Shown here: one piece after another, positions 9,613 to 17,794 of the stretch
Layout of the letters: each line of letters opens with the position of its first letter
Numbering within the stretch: the first letter of the stretch is position 1
Source of the DNA: Patescibacteria group bacterium
Lineage (GTDB): Bacteria > Patescibacteriota > Patescibacteriia > Buchananbacterales > UBA6539
Assembly (NCBI GenBank): GCA_028688055.1
Contig: JAQTYZ010000003.1
Coordinates: 1,191 to 65,190, forward strand
Length of the DNA stretch: 64,000 nucleotides
Direction of reading: 5' to 3'
Made by a program: the position numbers and the translations under genes
Notes under the pieces: model-generated
What the model was told of the DNA's origin: nothing
Seen by the model: only the letters and a program-made list of their open reading frames with translations
The model's database searches: none

Positions 9613-9798
9613 CTATTGTGCTGGCGGCAGGTTTTTTTTGCCGACTTCACACGCAGGATTAATGCAACAGGCGATTTCTTCGGTTCGAGGACTATTCCCC
9701 CAGCCATAACTACCAACGGTAGCGCTGGCAGTACCGTCCATTGGTTCTTTGCAGGCGTAACAATATTCAGCTGGTTTGATTTCTTTACCCCAGGCCAT
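9613..9798 (-). CDS. small cysteine-rich protein (61 aa) with Cys-x2-Cys and Cys-Cys-x4-Cys
   Basis: Strong RBS AAGGAG 6 nt before GTG-ATG. Translation MAWGKEIKPAEYCYACKEPMDG...EEIACCINPACEVGKK. It sits downstream of the T-box-controlled terminator. Confidence 0.45.
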   Translation of the reverse strand: MAWGKEIKPAEYCYACKEPMDGTASATVGSYGWGNSPRTEEIACCINPACEVGKKNLPPAQ

Positions 9799-9813
9799 CA
9801 CAGTTTCTCCTTG

Positions 9814-10020
9814 TTAGTCTTCGTTGCGACTTAGTTCGACTCCACATAATCTGCAAGAGGTGACATCAGCGCTTGACCAGGCGCCGTTAGCCTTCCTAAT
9901 GGTGATTTGCTTGCGGTGGCGGCAATGTTGCTGCTGCCAATGGTGAATCCGATATTTAAGGTGCAATAGGGATGCCGCGAGATCTTCCAGCAATCTGATA
10001 ATAATCGAAACGGCTTTCAT
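9814..10020 (-). CDS. small His/Cys-containing protein (68 aa)
   Basis: AAGGAG RBS 6 nt upstream of the ATG at 10020. Translation MKAVSIIIRLLEDLAASLLHLKYRIHHWQQQHCRHRK...CRLCGVELSRNED. It is the first gene after the T-box terminator. Confidence 0.45.
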   Translation of the reverse strand: MKAVSIIIRLLEDLAASLLHLKYRIHHWQQQHCRHRKQITIRKANGAWSSADVTSCRLCGVELSRNED

Positions 10021-10047
10021 ACTTTTCTCCTTGATTGAGTTATCCAA

Positions 10048-10400
10048 ACAAAAAATCCCGTCCTTTAGGCATAACGAAATTATGCGCAAAGGACGGGATA
10101 ATACCCGCGGTACCACCTTTGTTACTAAAAAAATCCGTGTCAGTACGGATCTCTAGTCTCTTACTGACTCTGCCTCCCAACTGGGACGACATCAGTTGCT
10201 CGTGATTACGGCGAGCGGACCCGGACTTCCACTAATGCAGAAGTCACCTCAGCGTGCCCAACCCCCGAACGCTTTTGGCTAACGGGGACACGCTTCAACG
10301 GTTTTGTAATTTTTAAGGTGTTTCCAGTTTAGCCCAAGACAAATTTTCTGTCAAGCAAAGATTTAGCCTTGGGGGCATAACTGGTTTGGCCATCCCAGCA
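10048..10400 (-). promoter_or_regulatory. T-box riboswitch leader (tRNA-sensing antiterminator) with an intrinsic terminator at 10048-10095
   Basis: The minus-strand RNA contains ...UAGUAACAAAGGUGGUACCGCGGGUAUUAUCCCGUCC..., which matches the T-box consensus AANNNGGGUGGNACCGCGG. It is immediately followed by a 20-bp terminator hairpin (AUCCCGUCCUUUGCGCAUAA/UUAUGCCUAAAGGACGGGAU) and U6. GCGGG in the T-box can pair with CCCGU in the terminator 5' strand to form the antiterminator. A Stem III-like hairpin GAUCCGU-ACUGAC-ACGGAUU lies just 5' of it. Confidence 0.75.
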
Positions 10401-10460
10401 CCAAAACTCGTGAACAATCTTCATTATTTTTTGAGGTAGTTTGGTGCTGGGCTAATTATT

Positions 10461-12245
10461 TTAGACTTGAATGATAACTGGCAAAACCATTGGTCGACGC
10501 TCAGTTTTTTGATAAAGAAATTGGCCGATTTCATTTCTAATTTTATCCTTGTAGTAATTTTCATCAATGCCTTCTTTCAGATCGGCTTTGAATATTTTTT
10601 TGGCCCGCGCCCTAGTCTCCTCAATCAGTTTTTTATTTTCTTTCATGTAGATAAAACCGCGGGAAATTAGATCAGGGTTTTGAACTAGCTGACCTTTCTT
10701 TTTATCAATTGTAACGATAACAACAATCATACCGTCGCCGGCCATTAATTGGCGGTCACGTAAGACGATGTGTGAAACGTCGCCAACGCCTAAACCATCG
10801 ACAAAGACATAATCAGTCGGTACTCGATAGTCGGTTAGTTTGGCGTTCGTGGCGGTAAATTCCATTATTTGTCCATTATCGGCCACGAAGATGTTTTCTT
10901 TAGGAAAGCCAATGCTTTCGGCGACTTTTGCCGCTTCGCGTAACAAGTAGTGATTAGCGTAAACCGGAATCAAGTATTTTGGTTTTATTTCTCTTAGGAT
11001 CAATTTAATATCTTCAATTTTGCCATGACCGCCAGCGTGAACGTCCATAATTTCTTTGTGAATAACGTTGGCACCTTGTCGGTAGAGGCTGTCTTTAAGA
11101 TATTGAATTGTTCGTTCGTTGCCGGGAATAACTGATGATGAAAACACCACCGTGTCATCTTTTTCAATTTTGATGTAGCGATGTTCACCGCTGGCAATCC
11201 GGCTTAAAACCGCGCGACCCTCGCCTTGCGAACCGGTACAAACAATAACTACTTTGTTATTGGGATAATCGCTGACTTTGGAGACGTCAATAAACGTATT
11301 TTTTCCGGCTTTAATAAAACCGAATTTTTGTCCAATTTCAATATTTGATTTCATGGAGAAACCGTCCACGGCAACTTTTTTGCCATTTTCCTCAGCAATC
11401 TTGATAATCTGGCCGACTCGTTCAAGCATACTTGAAAAAGTTCCAAAAATTATCCGGCCCCTGGCGTCTTTGATAATTTTTTCCATGTTTTTGTAAACTT
11501 CCATTTCCGAACCCTGATGGCCTTCTTGAGTTGAGCCCAGACTTTCCATCATTAAAACTGACGGAATATTTTTAGTATTCCATTGAGCTAAATGGGACAG
11601 GTCGGTTTTCGGACCTTCAACGGGATCAAGGTCGTAGCGCCAATCGCCGGGATGAATAATATTAACAGTTGGCGTTTCAATAATTAGGCCCAGCGCGTCT
11701 TTGATGCTATGGGTGACATTAAAGAAATTAACCTTAAAGACGCCAAGTTTAACGGTCTCTTTGAGCGATTTAATTTCTAAAACTTTAGGGGTAAATTTGT
11801 CGTGATGGTTTTCAATTTGCTTTTTGAGTAAAGCAACGGTCATCGGTGCGCCGATAATTAAAGGATTGCCGAGTTTAGGCAACAAGATCGGCGCGGCACC
11901 AATATGGTCAAGGTGGCCGTGAGTTAAAATCACGCCCCTGATATTTTTTTCTTTGCCTTTCAAACAAGTAATGTTGGGAATGATATAATCAATGCCGTGC
12001 ATATCTTCCTCCGGAAACTGATGTCCCATGTCAATAATAACAATATCGGAACCGTATTCCAAAATGGTCATATTTCGGCCGACTTCTTCTAAACCGCCTA
12101 GCGCGTAAATTCGAAGTCGGTCTTCGGCTTTGTCTGAAGGTTTTTTGCCTTGAGATTTTCCTCTTGAGTCTTTAATATTTTTTCCATCTTTCGCTGATTT
12201 TGCGCCTGGTTTTCTGGTCCAAGAACCCTGTTTTTTTCTAATCAT
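10461..12245 (-). CDS. rnj: ribonuclease J (beta-CASP metallo-beta-lactamase RNase) with a Lys/Gly-rich N-terminal extension
   Basis: LRIYALGGLEEVGRNMT...ILTHGHLDHIGAAP, beta-CASP and a C-terminal domain. 594 aa. Confidence 0.9.
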   Translation of the reverse strand: MIRKKQGSWTRKPGAKSAKDGKNIKDSRGKSQGKKPSDKAEDRLRIYALGGLEEVGRNMTILEYGSDIVIIDMGHQFPEEDMHGIDYIIPNITCLKGKEKNIRGVILTHGHLDHIGAAPILLPKLGNPLIIGAPMTVALLKKQIENHHDKFTPKVLEIKSLKETVKLGVFKVNFFNVTHSIKDALGLIIETPTVNIIHPGDWRYDLDPVEGPKTDLSHLAQWNTKNIPSVLMMESLGSTQEGHQGSEMEVYKNMEKIIKDARGRIIFGTFSSMLERVGQIIKIAEENGKKVAVDGFSMKSNIEIGQKFGFIKAGKNTFIDVSKVSDYPNNKVVIVCTGSQGEGRAVLSRIASGEHRYIKIEKDDTVVFSSSVIPGNERTIQYLKDSLYRQGANVIHKEIMDVHAGGHGKIEDIKLILREIKPKYLIPVYANHYLLREAAKVAESIGFPKENIFVADNGQIMEFTATNAKLTDYRVPTDYVFVDGLGVGDVSHIVLRDRQLMAGDGMIVVIVTIDKKKGQLVQNPDLISRGFIYMKENKKLIEETRARAKKIFKADLKEGIDENYYKDKIRNEIGQFLYQKTERRPMVLPVIIQV

Positions 12246-12261
12246 ATATTATTTAATTTTA

Positions 12262-12348
12262 TGGTGCCGATGGAGGGATTTGAACCCTCACGAGCGTAAG
12301 CTCACAGCGACCTGAACGCTGCGTGTATACCAATTTCACCACATCGGC
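12262..12348 (-). tRNA. tRNA-Leu (anticodon CAG), class II with a long variable arm, CCA encoded
   Basis: Minus-strand sequence GCCGATG...GTG-AAATTGGTATA-CAC..CAGCG-TTCAGGT-CGCTG-(variable hairpin GAGCTTACGCTC)-GAGGG-TTCAAAT-CCCTC-CATCGGC-A-CCA. Acceptor, D, anticodon and T arms all pair. Confidence 0.9.
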
Positions 12349-12358
12349 TAGTGATGAT

Positions 12359-14338
12359 TTATTTGAGTTGACCGTGCCAAGTTCGAACGGTTTTGATGTA
12401 CCAATCTTGAATGTTGTTAAAGCGGTCGGCGGGAATGATAATTCGATCAATGTTAACTCCTTTAACATCTTTATCCATGACGTAGGTATAGGTTGGTTTA
12501 TACAGGAAGATGGCTGGAATATCAGTGTTTAGCAGGGTCTGAAAGCTAGTATAGTCTTTAGCTTTTTTGTTATTGTCGGTGGTGGCCCGGGCGTCTTCTA
12601 AGAGTTTGTCCGCTTCCCGATTAGCATACATTGAAAGATTTAAACCTGGGTCGTCAACTTGTGAAGAATGCCAAAAGGGAAAAGGATCGGAATTAGAACC
12701 AACAATTATGCCAAACAACAAAACGTCATAATTTCGCGGTCTAATGATATCGCGGCTAATTTTATTTGGTTCGACAATTTGAACCGTCACTTTAACGCCG
12801 ATTTTTTCCCAGGCTTTTTTAATATCATCAGCCGCCTGCGTATTTTCCGGCTGGTTAATCGTTGTCAGAGTCAGTTCTAAGATGGCCTCACCATTTTGGC
12901 GATAGAAATCAGGCTGATTCTGGGAAGCGGTACTGTCACTAGCCACCGGCTCAGTTGCCGTCGTCGTGGCAGTGCTCGGCTCGGCATTAGCTTGATCGTC
13001 CGCGGAAGCTTTTTCCGTCTTCGCGGTCAGCCAAGCTTGGTACGCTTGAACCGAAATTTTTTTCCAGCCGGCGGTTTCGAGTAACTGATTAGCATCGTCA
13101 ATATTGTAACTGATTGGTTTAGTGTCATCGGAGGTTAACGGCACTGGAAAGATTGGCCCATCAATGGCCGCGCCTTCAAGTTGTAGGGCCCCAGCAACGA
13201 TTTTATTTTTATCAATACTTTCCGCCAGCGCTGTTCTGACGTTTTTACTTTTTAAAGCTTCATTTTTTTTCTGATTGATAAAGACGGCTGTGTATTGTGG
13301 TAAATCAAAATAATAATACTTAAGATTCTTTTGACCCGTTAAATCCGATTTCAATTCTTTCGGTAAAAAACTGATGCCTTGAATGGAATGACTTTTTAAG
13401 GCGGCGACAGCGGTCTGAAAATCGGGATAAAATTTGAAAGTGATTTGCTGGAGATAGGATTTTTGTCCGTAATAATCAGTATTAGGAACAATCGTATAAG
13501 ATTTAATATTGCCTAATTTATCTTTAGTCAGTGATTTAAATTCCCATGGTCCGGTGCCGACTGGTTTTAAATTATATTCAGTTAAGTTGGCATTAACAGC
13601 TGGTACTTCACTCCAAATATGTTCCGGTAAAATACCGGCCGTTAAGACATCAAGGAATGAAGGATAAGGTTGCGGTAAAGTAAATTTGACCGTTAAATCA
13701 TCTACCTTTTCGACGTCCACGCCTCTAATGCTGATTAATAAAGGACTTTTAAAGTCGGTGTCTTCAATGCTTTGATAAGTGAAAACGACGTCGTCGGCCG
13801 TAAATGGTTCACCATCTTGCCATTTGACATGGTCACGAAGATGAAAGGTATAAGTTTTTTGATCTTCACTAATGTCCCAGCTAGTTGCCAAGTCTGGCTC
13901 TAATTCTAAATCCTGGTTATACCTTAGTAACCCTGAAAATACGAGACGAGAAATATCTGAATCAACATCATTGGTTTGCGACAGAATTGGGTTGATGTAT
14001 TGGGGAGCGCCAACTAAGCCAGTGGTTACTTCGCCGCCGACACTCGGGGTCGGAGTAAAATTGATAAAATAAAAATTTAAAAGAATAGTTAGCGTCGAAA
14101 CTAGAATTAACACAATTGCTAGGCCCGCAATTTTTTTATCCTTGGGCGGTAAGGCCTGATGGATATATTTAAATTGTTTAAAGCTTGGCAACCTTTGGTT
14201 GGAAAGGTTGTAGATAAGTTTTTTATCTAATTCAATTCGGTTAGTTTGGCTGGCGGTATCATTATTGATACCAGGACTTATTTCACCGGCCGCCGAATTT
14301 CTTTTTATTTTATTTAGCAACGGGATTTTTCTAAACAC
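12359..14338 (-). CDS. ABC-transporter substrate-binding protein, family 5 (OppA/DppA-like), N-terminal membrane anchor
   Basis: 659 aa with an N-terminal TM and SBP_bac_5-like blocks (..PVGTGPWEF.., ..DFQTAVAALKSH..). No permease or ATPase genes adjacent. Confidence 0.75.
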   Translation of the reverse strand: MFRKIPLLNKIKRNSAAGEISPGINNDTASQTNRIELDKKLIYNLSNQRLPSFKQFKYIHQALPPKDKKIAGLAIVLILVSTLTILLNFYFINFTPTPSVGGEVTTGLVGAPQYINPILSQTNDVDSDISRLVFSGLLRYNQDLELEPDLATSWDISEDQKTYTFHLRDHVKWQDGEPFTADDVVFTYQSIEDTDFKSPLLISIRGVDVEKVDDLTVKFTLPQPYPSFLDVLTAGILPEHIWSEVPAVNANLTEYNLKPVGTGPWEFKSLTKDKLGNIKSYTIVPNTDYYGQKSYLQQITFKFYPDFQTAVAALKSHSIQGISFLPKELKSDLTGQKNLKYYYFDLPQYTAVFINQKKNEALKSKNVRTALAESIDKNKIVAGALQLEGAAIDGPIFPVPLTSDDTKPISYNIDDANQLLETAGWKKISVQAYQAWLTAKTEKASADDQANAEPSTATTTATEPVASDSTASQNQPDFYRQNGEAILELTLTTINQPENTQAADDIKKAWEKIGVKVTVQIVEPNKISRDIIRPRNYDVLLFGIIVGSNSDPFPFWHSSQVDDPGLNLSMYANREADKLLEDARATTDNNKKAKDYTSFQTLLNTDIPAIFLYKPTYTYVMDKDVKGVNIDRIIIPADRFNNIQDWYIKTVRTWHGQLK

Positions 14339-14385
14339 AAAAAAGCGTGTTATTTAATCTTGCCGACAGCTTGTTGGGCGACCCT

Positions 14386-14595
14386 TCAAAGGAGGATATT
14401 GGCAAAGGCGGTCGCTAAAAAAACTATTGCCACAATAATGGTGCCATTAAAAATCCATTTTTCAACCCCGCGCTTGGTTCGGTAAACGCTATTGTCACCA
14501 CCGAAAGCGGAGCCCAGGCCGGTTCCCTTATTTTGTAGAAGTATTAAAGCAATGAGAATTATCGCTGAAACTATTTGAATGATGTCGATATACAT
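14386..14595 (-). CDS. secG: preprotein translocase subunit SecG
   Basis: 69 aa with two TM helices and the SecG signature ILLQNKGTGLGSAFGG. Confidence 0.85.
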   Translation of the reverse strand: MYIDIIQIVSAIILIALILLQNKGTGLGSAFGGDNSVYRTKRGVEKWIFNGTIIVAIVFLATAFANILL

Positions 14596-14640
14596 AGGTT
14601 AATCAAATCGTAGCAGAAAAACGTTAATATGTCAATTGGC

Positions 14641-14787
14641 TTATTTGCCCTTAGCCAAACGAGCAGTAATAATTTTTTTTAATTTAATAACCTGCTGGCC
14701 GGAGACTTTCATCTTTGGGCCGGTTTTTTTTAGCCGCCGAAGAGTTCTTTTCTCTAACGCTTCGATTTGGCGGTCGGCATTTGACAT
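14641..14787 (-). CDS. small basic protein (48 aa), possible nucleic-acid-binding or ribosome-associated
   Basis: Found by manual translation and missing from the >=60-aa track. Sequence MSNADRQIEALEKRTLRRLKKTGPKMKVSGQQVIKLKKIITARLAKGK, K/R-rich, directly upstream of secG on the same strand. Confidence 0.3.
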   Translation of the reverse strand: MSNADRQIEALEKRTLRRLKKTGPKMKVSGQQVIKLKKIITARLAKGK

Positions 14788-14838
14788 AATCACAATTTTT
14801 AATTGTTTCTACTTTTATGATATAATATTAAGTAAAGT

Positions 14839-15594
14839 ATGTATAGTGACGACGAAATATTTATTAAGCCCGAGCCGCCTAAAATTAAGTCGACTCATCA
14901 GCGCTGGTACCAGAAATGGTGGGGCGTCGTGATTTTGCTGTTGCTATTTGTTGTCTCAATTACCGTGGCGGCCGGCGGCATATATGTTTTTAAATTAGTG
15001 TCATTATTGCGCAGTGGTCAGCTGACGCCGCAGGAGCTTTTTGTGGCTAGTCCAAGTGATTCGCAACTAAGCTTAGCTACAAGCTTAGTCACCAGCGATG
15101 ACCCCTCCCATGGTCCCAAGGATTCCAAGGTGGTCGTCGTGGAGTTTTTAGATTTCCAGTGCTCTTATTGTTTGGAGGCCGAGCCGGTTATCAGACAAAT
15201 TCTGAAAGATTATGGGGATAAGATTCTTTTTCAATATCGGGATTTTCCCATTACTGATATTCATCCGCAAGCCTTAATGGCTGCTGAAGCGGCTGAATGC
15301 GCTCATGAACAGGGAAAATTTTGGGAAATGCGCGATAAAATTTTTGAGGATCAGGCCAATATCAATGAGGCGGTACTAAAAACTTATGCGGTTCAAATCG
15401 GCTTAAATAGTGTTCAGTTTGGTAATTGTTTAGCGACTGAGAAATACCGCAGTGAAATCGAGCAGGACCTAACCGACGGTTACGCCGCTGGGGTCAAGGC
15501 GACCCCGACGTTTTTTATCAACGGCGCGCGATTGGATGGGGCAGTTCCGCTCAACACCTTTGAAAAAATAATAACCGCGGCGCTAAGTCGCTAA
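14839..15594 (+). CDS. DsbA-family thiol:disulfide oxidoreductase (thioredoxin fold), membrane-anchored
   Basis: N-terminal TM. CxxC active site (FQCSYCLEAEP) in a DsbA-like domain. Confidence 0.8.
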   Translation: MYSDDEIFIKPEPPKIKSTHQRWYQKWWGVVILLLLFVVSITVAAGGIYVFKLVSLLRSGQLTPQELFVASPSDSQLSLATSLVTSDDPSHGPKDSKVVVVEFLDFQCSYCLEAEPVIRQILKDYGDKILFQYRDFPITDIHPQALMAAEAAECAHEQGKFWEMRDKIFEDQANINEAVLKTYAVQIGLNSVQFGNCLATEKYRSEIEQDLTDGYAAGVKATPTFFINGARLDGAVPLNTFEKIITAALSR

Positions 15595-15596
15595 GT

Positions 15597-16412
15597 ATGA
15601 AAAAAGATTTATTTACTCTCAAAGTAGTTTCACTATTTTTTGTTTTATGTCAGCTTGTATTTTTTATTTTGCCGTTGCCGGTTGCGGCTCAAGATACGCC
15701 GGTGGTTAAAGTTCATTTGGGAAGTTTTACCGGTAGCGAGTTTACTACTCAGCCGTGTAACGAGGGCAAGTGTCCGGTTGATTGGATTGGGCAGTATATT
15801 TCGGCTTTATACCAGTATGGTATTATTGCGGCCGCGATTTTGGCAACGGTGATGATAATGATCGGCGGTTTTTTGTGGCTGACCTCAGGCGGTAGCCCCA
15901 ATCGAATTAGCCGCGGTAAAGAGTTTATTATGAGCTCCATCAGCGGTTTGTTGTTAGCTTTATTTTCTTTTATTATGTTGTTTTCAATCAATCCAGCGTT
16001 GATTAACCTAAAGTCGGTTGATATTAGTCAGCCCGGTGCGCTGGCAACACCGGAGCAAACATCTGGAAGTGGGGTTGATCCAAGTTCAGCAGCTGGTAAG
16101 TTTTTAAGCGAGCTTGATGCTAATAGTAATGATTTTACTCCATACTCGTTTAATTACCGAGTTTTAAATTATAAACCCAATGGTGATGGATTTTATCTTG
16201 AGCTTAGTGGTAGTGAAGGTTTAGCGCGGTTCCTTTTTGCTGAAGGTACTGGCGTAGAATTAACTGATCAGGATCGAGCTGGCGGCGCTGTAGCCAGGGT
16301 TGTATATAATGATGCTTTGTGGACGTTGCGTGGCAGTGAGGTTGGAAATCGGTATTGGGAGGTATTAAGATTGCCAAGTGATATTGGTGGCGTTAGGTTT
16401 GGCGAATTGTAA
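15597..16412 (+). CDS. secreted protein with a two-helix hydrophobic hairpin module (paralog A, pilin-like topology)
   Basis: Signal peptide, CxxGxC-PxDWIGxY, then ILATVMIMIGGFLWLTSGGSPNRISRGKEFIMSSISGLLLALFSFIMLF (two helices separated by a basic loop). The core is shared with the next gene. Confidence 0.55.
   Translation: MKKDLFTLKVVSLFFVLCQLVFFILPLPVAAQDTPVVKVHLGSFTGSEFTTQPCNEGKCPVDWIGQYISALYQYGIIAAAILATVMIMIGGFLWLTSGGSPNRISRGKEFIMSSISGLLLALFSFIMLFSINPALINLKSVDISQPGALATPEQTSGSGVDPSSAAGKFLSELDANSNDFTPYSFNYRVLNYKPNGDGFYLELSGSEGLARFLFAEGTGVELTDQDRAGGAVARVVYNDALWTLRGSEVGNRYWEVLRLPSDIGGVRFGEL
15831..15967 (+). repeat. about 137-nt near-identical segment shared with 16965-17100 (paralog core, copy A)
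   Basis: The first roughly 62 nt differ at only 2 positions from copy B. The remainder is more diverged. Confidence 0.8.
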
Positions 16413-16469
16413 CAATTTTTATTCTGGCAGTTATTTTAACTGTTTATTAAGGTTTAAATGTAATAGAAA

Positions 16470-17696
16470 ATGAAGTGGAATAAAGTTTTAATTTTATTAA
16501 TGTTGGCGGTTGTTCTATCCACCCCAGCAATTAGCCTAGCCGCCAATGAGTATCAAGTAACTGACCCTGGTGGTAGCGTGCTGAATGTTAGGTTTAATAA
16601 TGATACCGGTCATTGGGAGGTGCAGCATCAGCCTTACTATGGGACTAATTCTAATTGGACTGACGTAAACTCCAGCTGGGAATTGAGCCGTTTTACCCGA
16701 GACGAATGGCCAATACTTAAAGCTCTCAAGGGGCGCAATTTTGATTGGGGAAACCGATATTTTAGCGCTTTATTCTCAAATGACACAGGTTATAGTGTGC
16801 CTAAGTCCGTAGATAAGTCCGCCGCCACTGCCCCGCAGCTAAAAGTTGAAATTGGCGGCAGTATTGTTAGTTTGTCGGCGGTCAATTGTACTTCGGGCCA
16901 AGATTGTTCAATTCCTTGGATCGGTGAATATATGAAGCAAGTTTATATCTATTTAGTCGCCGTTGCCGCGATTTTGGCAACGGTGATGATAATGATCGGT
17001 GGTTTTTTGTGGTTGACCTCAGGCGGCAGTCCGGACCGAATTAGTCGCGGTAAAGAGTTTATCGTCAGCTCAATCAGCGGTATGCTGTTAGCATTATTTT
17101 CCTACATTATTTTGTATTCCATCAATCCTAACCTAATAAATCTTAAACCAATTGTTATTAAAGTGTCCGGTGATTTAGCAGTGCAGGCCCAAAATCGATC
17201 TAATGCGCAAGCGGCGACACAGTCAGGCCCTACGGCGCTCGGGGCTGGTTGTCCCGATGCCACTGAATCGGCTCAAGGCTATACGGCCGTGCTTACTTCT
17301 TATGCTCGTCCAACCCCTCAAAATTTTACCTCGGATGACGCTTTTCTTTGTGCGGTTGGTTTAAATTGTTCTTGTCCTAGCGGTACTGGACGTGACAATG
17401 GTCGTTCGTGTTCTTTCGGTAGTTTGACGTGGCATCCGTGTGTATCCTTTGATGCTAATACAACGCCATATTGTAATCAGACCGCCAGTGGTCAAGCGCC
17501 AAGAGTGGGTACGGTGGCGGCCGATCCCTGTTTCCCGTTTGGCACGCAGCTTTGTATTAATGGCGAGACTTACACCGTAACTGATCGCGGCAGTGCTATT
17601 ACTGGCCGTCATTTTGATTTATGGTCTGATGATTATTCGGCTGCTACTCGTGCTTATAGCAATAGCGCTCAGGTTACTGGCGGCCCTTGTCCTTAA
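16470..17696 (+). CDS. secreted protein carrying a hairpin module (paralog B) plus a C-terminal RlpA/3D-like (double-psi beta-barrel) putative cell-wall lytic domain
   Basis: Same CxxGxxC-PWIGEY and AILATVMIMIGGFLWLTSGGSPDRISRGKEFIVSSISGMLLALFSYII core. C-terminal Cys-rich region with GETYTVTDRGSAITGRHFDLWSDDYSAA, which resembles the RlpA/MltA 3D-domain motif (..NDRGP...IDLS.AA). Confidence 0.6.
   Translation: MKWNKVLILLMLAVVLSTPAISLAANEYQVTDPGGSVLNVRFNNDTGHWEVQHQPYYGTNSNWTDVNSSWELSRFTRDEWPILKALKGRNFDWGNRYFSALFSNDTGYSVPKSVDKSAATAPQLKVEIGGSIVSLSAVNCTSGQDCSIPWIGEYMKQVYIYLVAVAAILATVMIMIGGFLWLTSGGSPDRISRGKEFIVSSISGMLLALFSYIILYSINPNLINLKPIVIKVSGDLAVQAQNRSNAQAATQSGPTALGAGCPDATESAQGYTAVLTSYARPTPQNFTSDDAFLCAVGLNCSCPSGTGRDNGRSCSFGSLTWHPCVSFDANTTPYCNQTASGQAPRVGTVAADPCFPFGTQLCINGETYTVTDRGSAITGRHFDLWSDDYSAATRAYSNSAQVTGGPCP
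16965..17100 (+). repeat. copy B of the roughly 137-nt paralog core repeat
   Basis: See copy A at 15831-15967. Confidence 0.8.
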
Positions 17697-17735
17697 ATAA
17701 TTTTAATATTTTTTTATAAAATTCAGGTGAGAGAT

Positions 17736-17764
17736 TTGACATATGAGGCAATCCGGCGTAAAAT
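17736..17764 (+). promoter_or_regulatory. consensus sigma70 promoter for uvrA (TTGACA, 17-nt spacer, TAAAAT)
   Basis: TTGACA at 17736-17741, a 17-nt spacer, TAAAAT at 17759-17764. About 30 nt upstream of the uvrA ATG. Confidence 0.55.
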
Positions 17765-17794
17765 GTACTTCTAGTTTAGCTACGTCCTCAACAT

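Noticed and set aside
10096-10460. RNase P RNA on the minus strand (GUGGAAGUCCGGGUCC resembles the P4 5' strand AGGAAAGUCCGGGCUCC, and a candidate 3' P4 strand CGGAUUU is present)
   Set aside because: The two candidate P4 strands are only about 75 nt apart, far too close for any bacterial RNase P RNA architecture. The same region contains a perfect T-box consensus plus terminator, which explains it better.
10096-10460. tmRNA or SRP RNA
   Set aside because: No tRNA-like 3' end (GGUUCGAUUCC...CCA), no plausible tag-peptide frame ending in a hydrophobic tail, and no SRP domain IV consensus.
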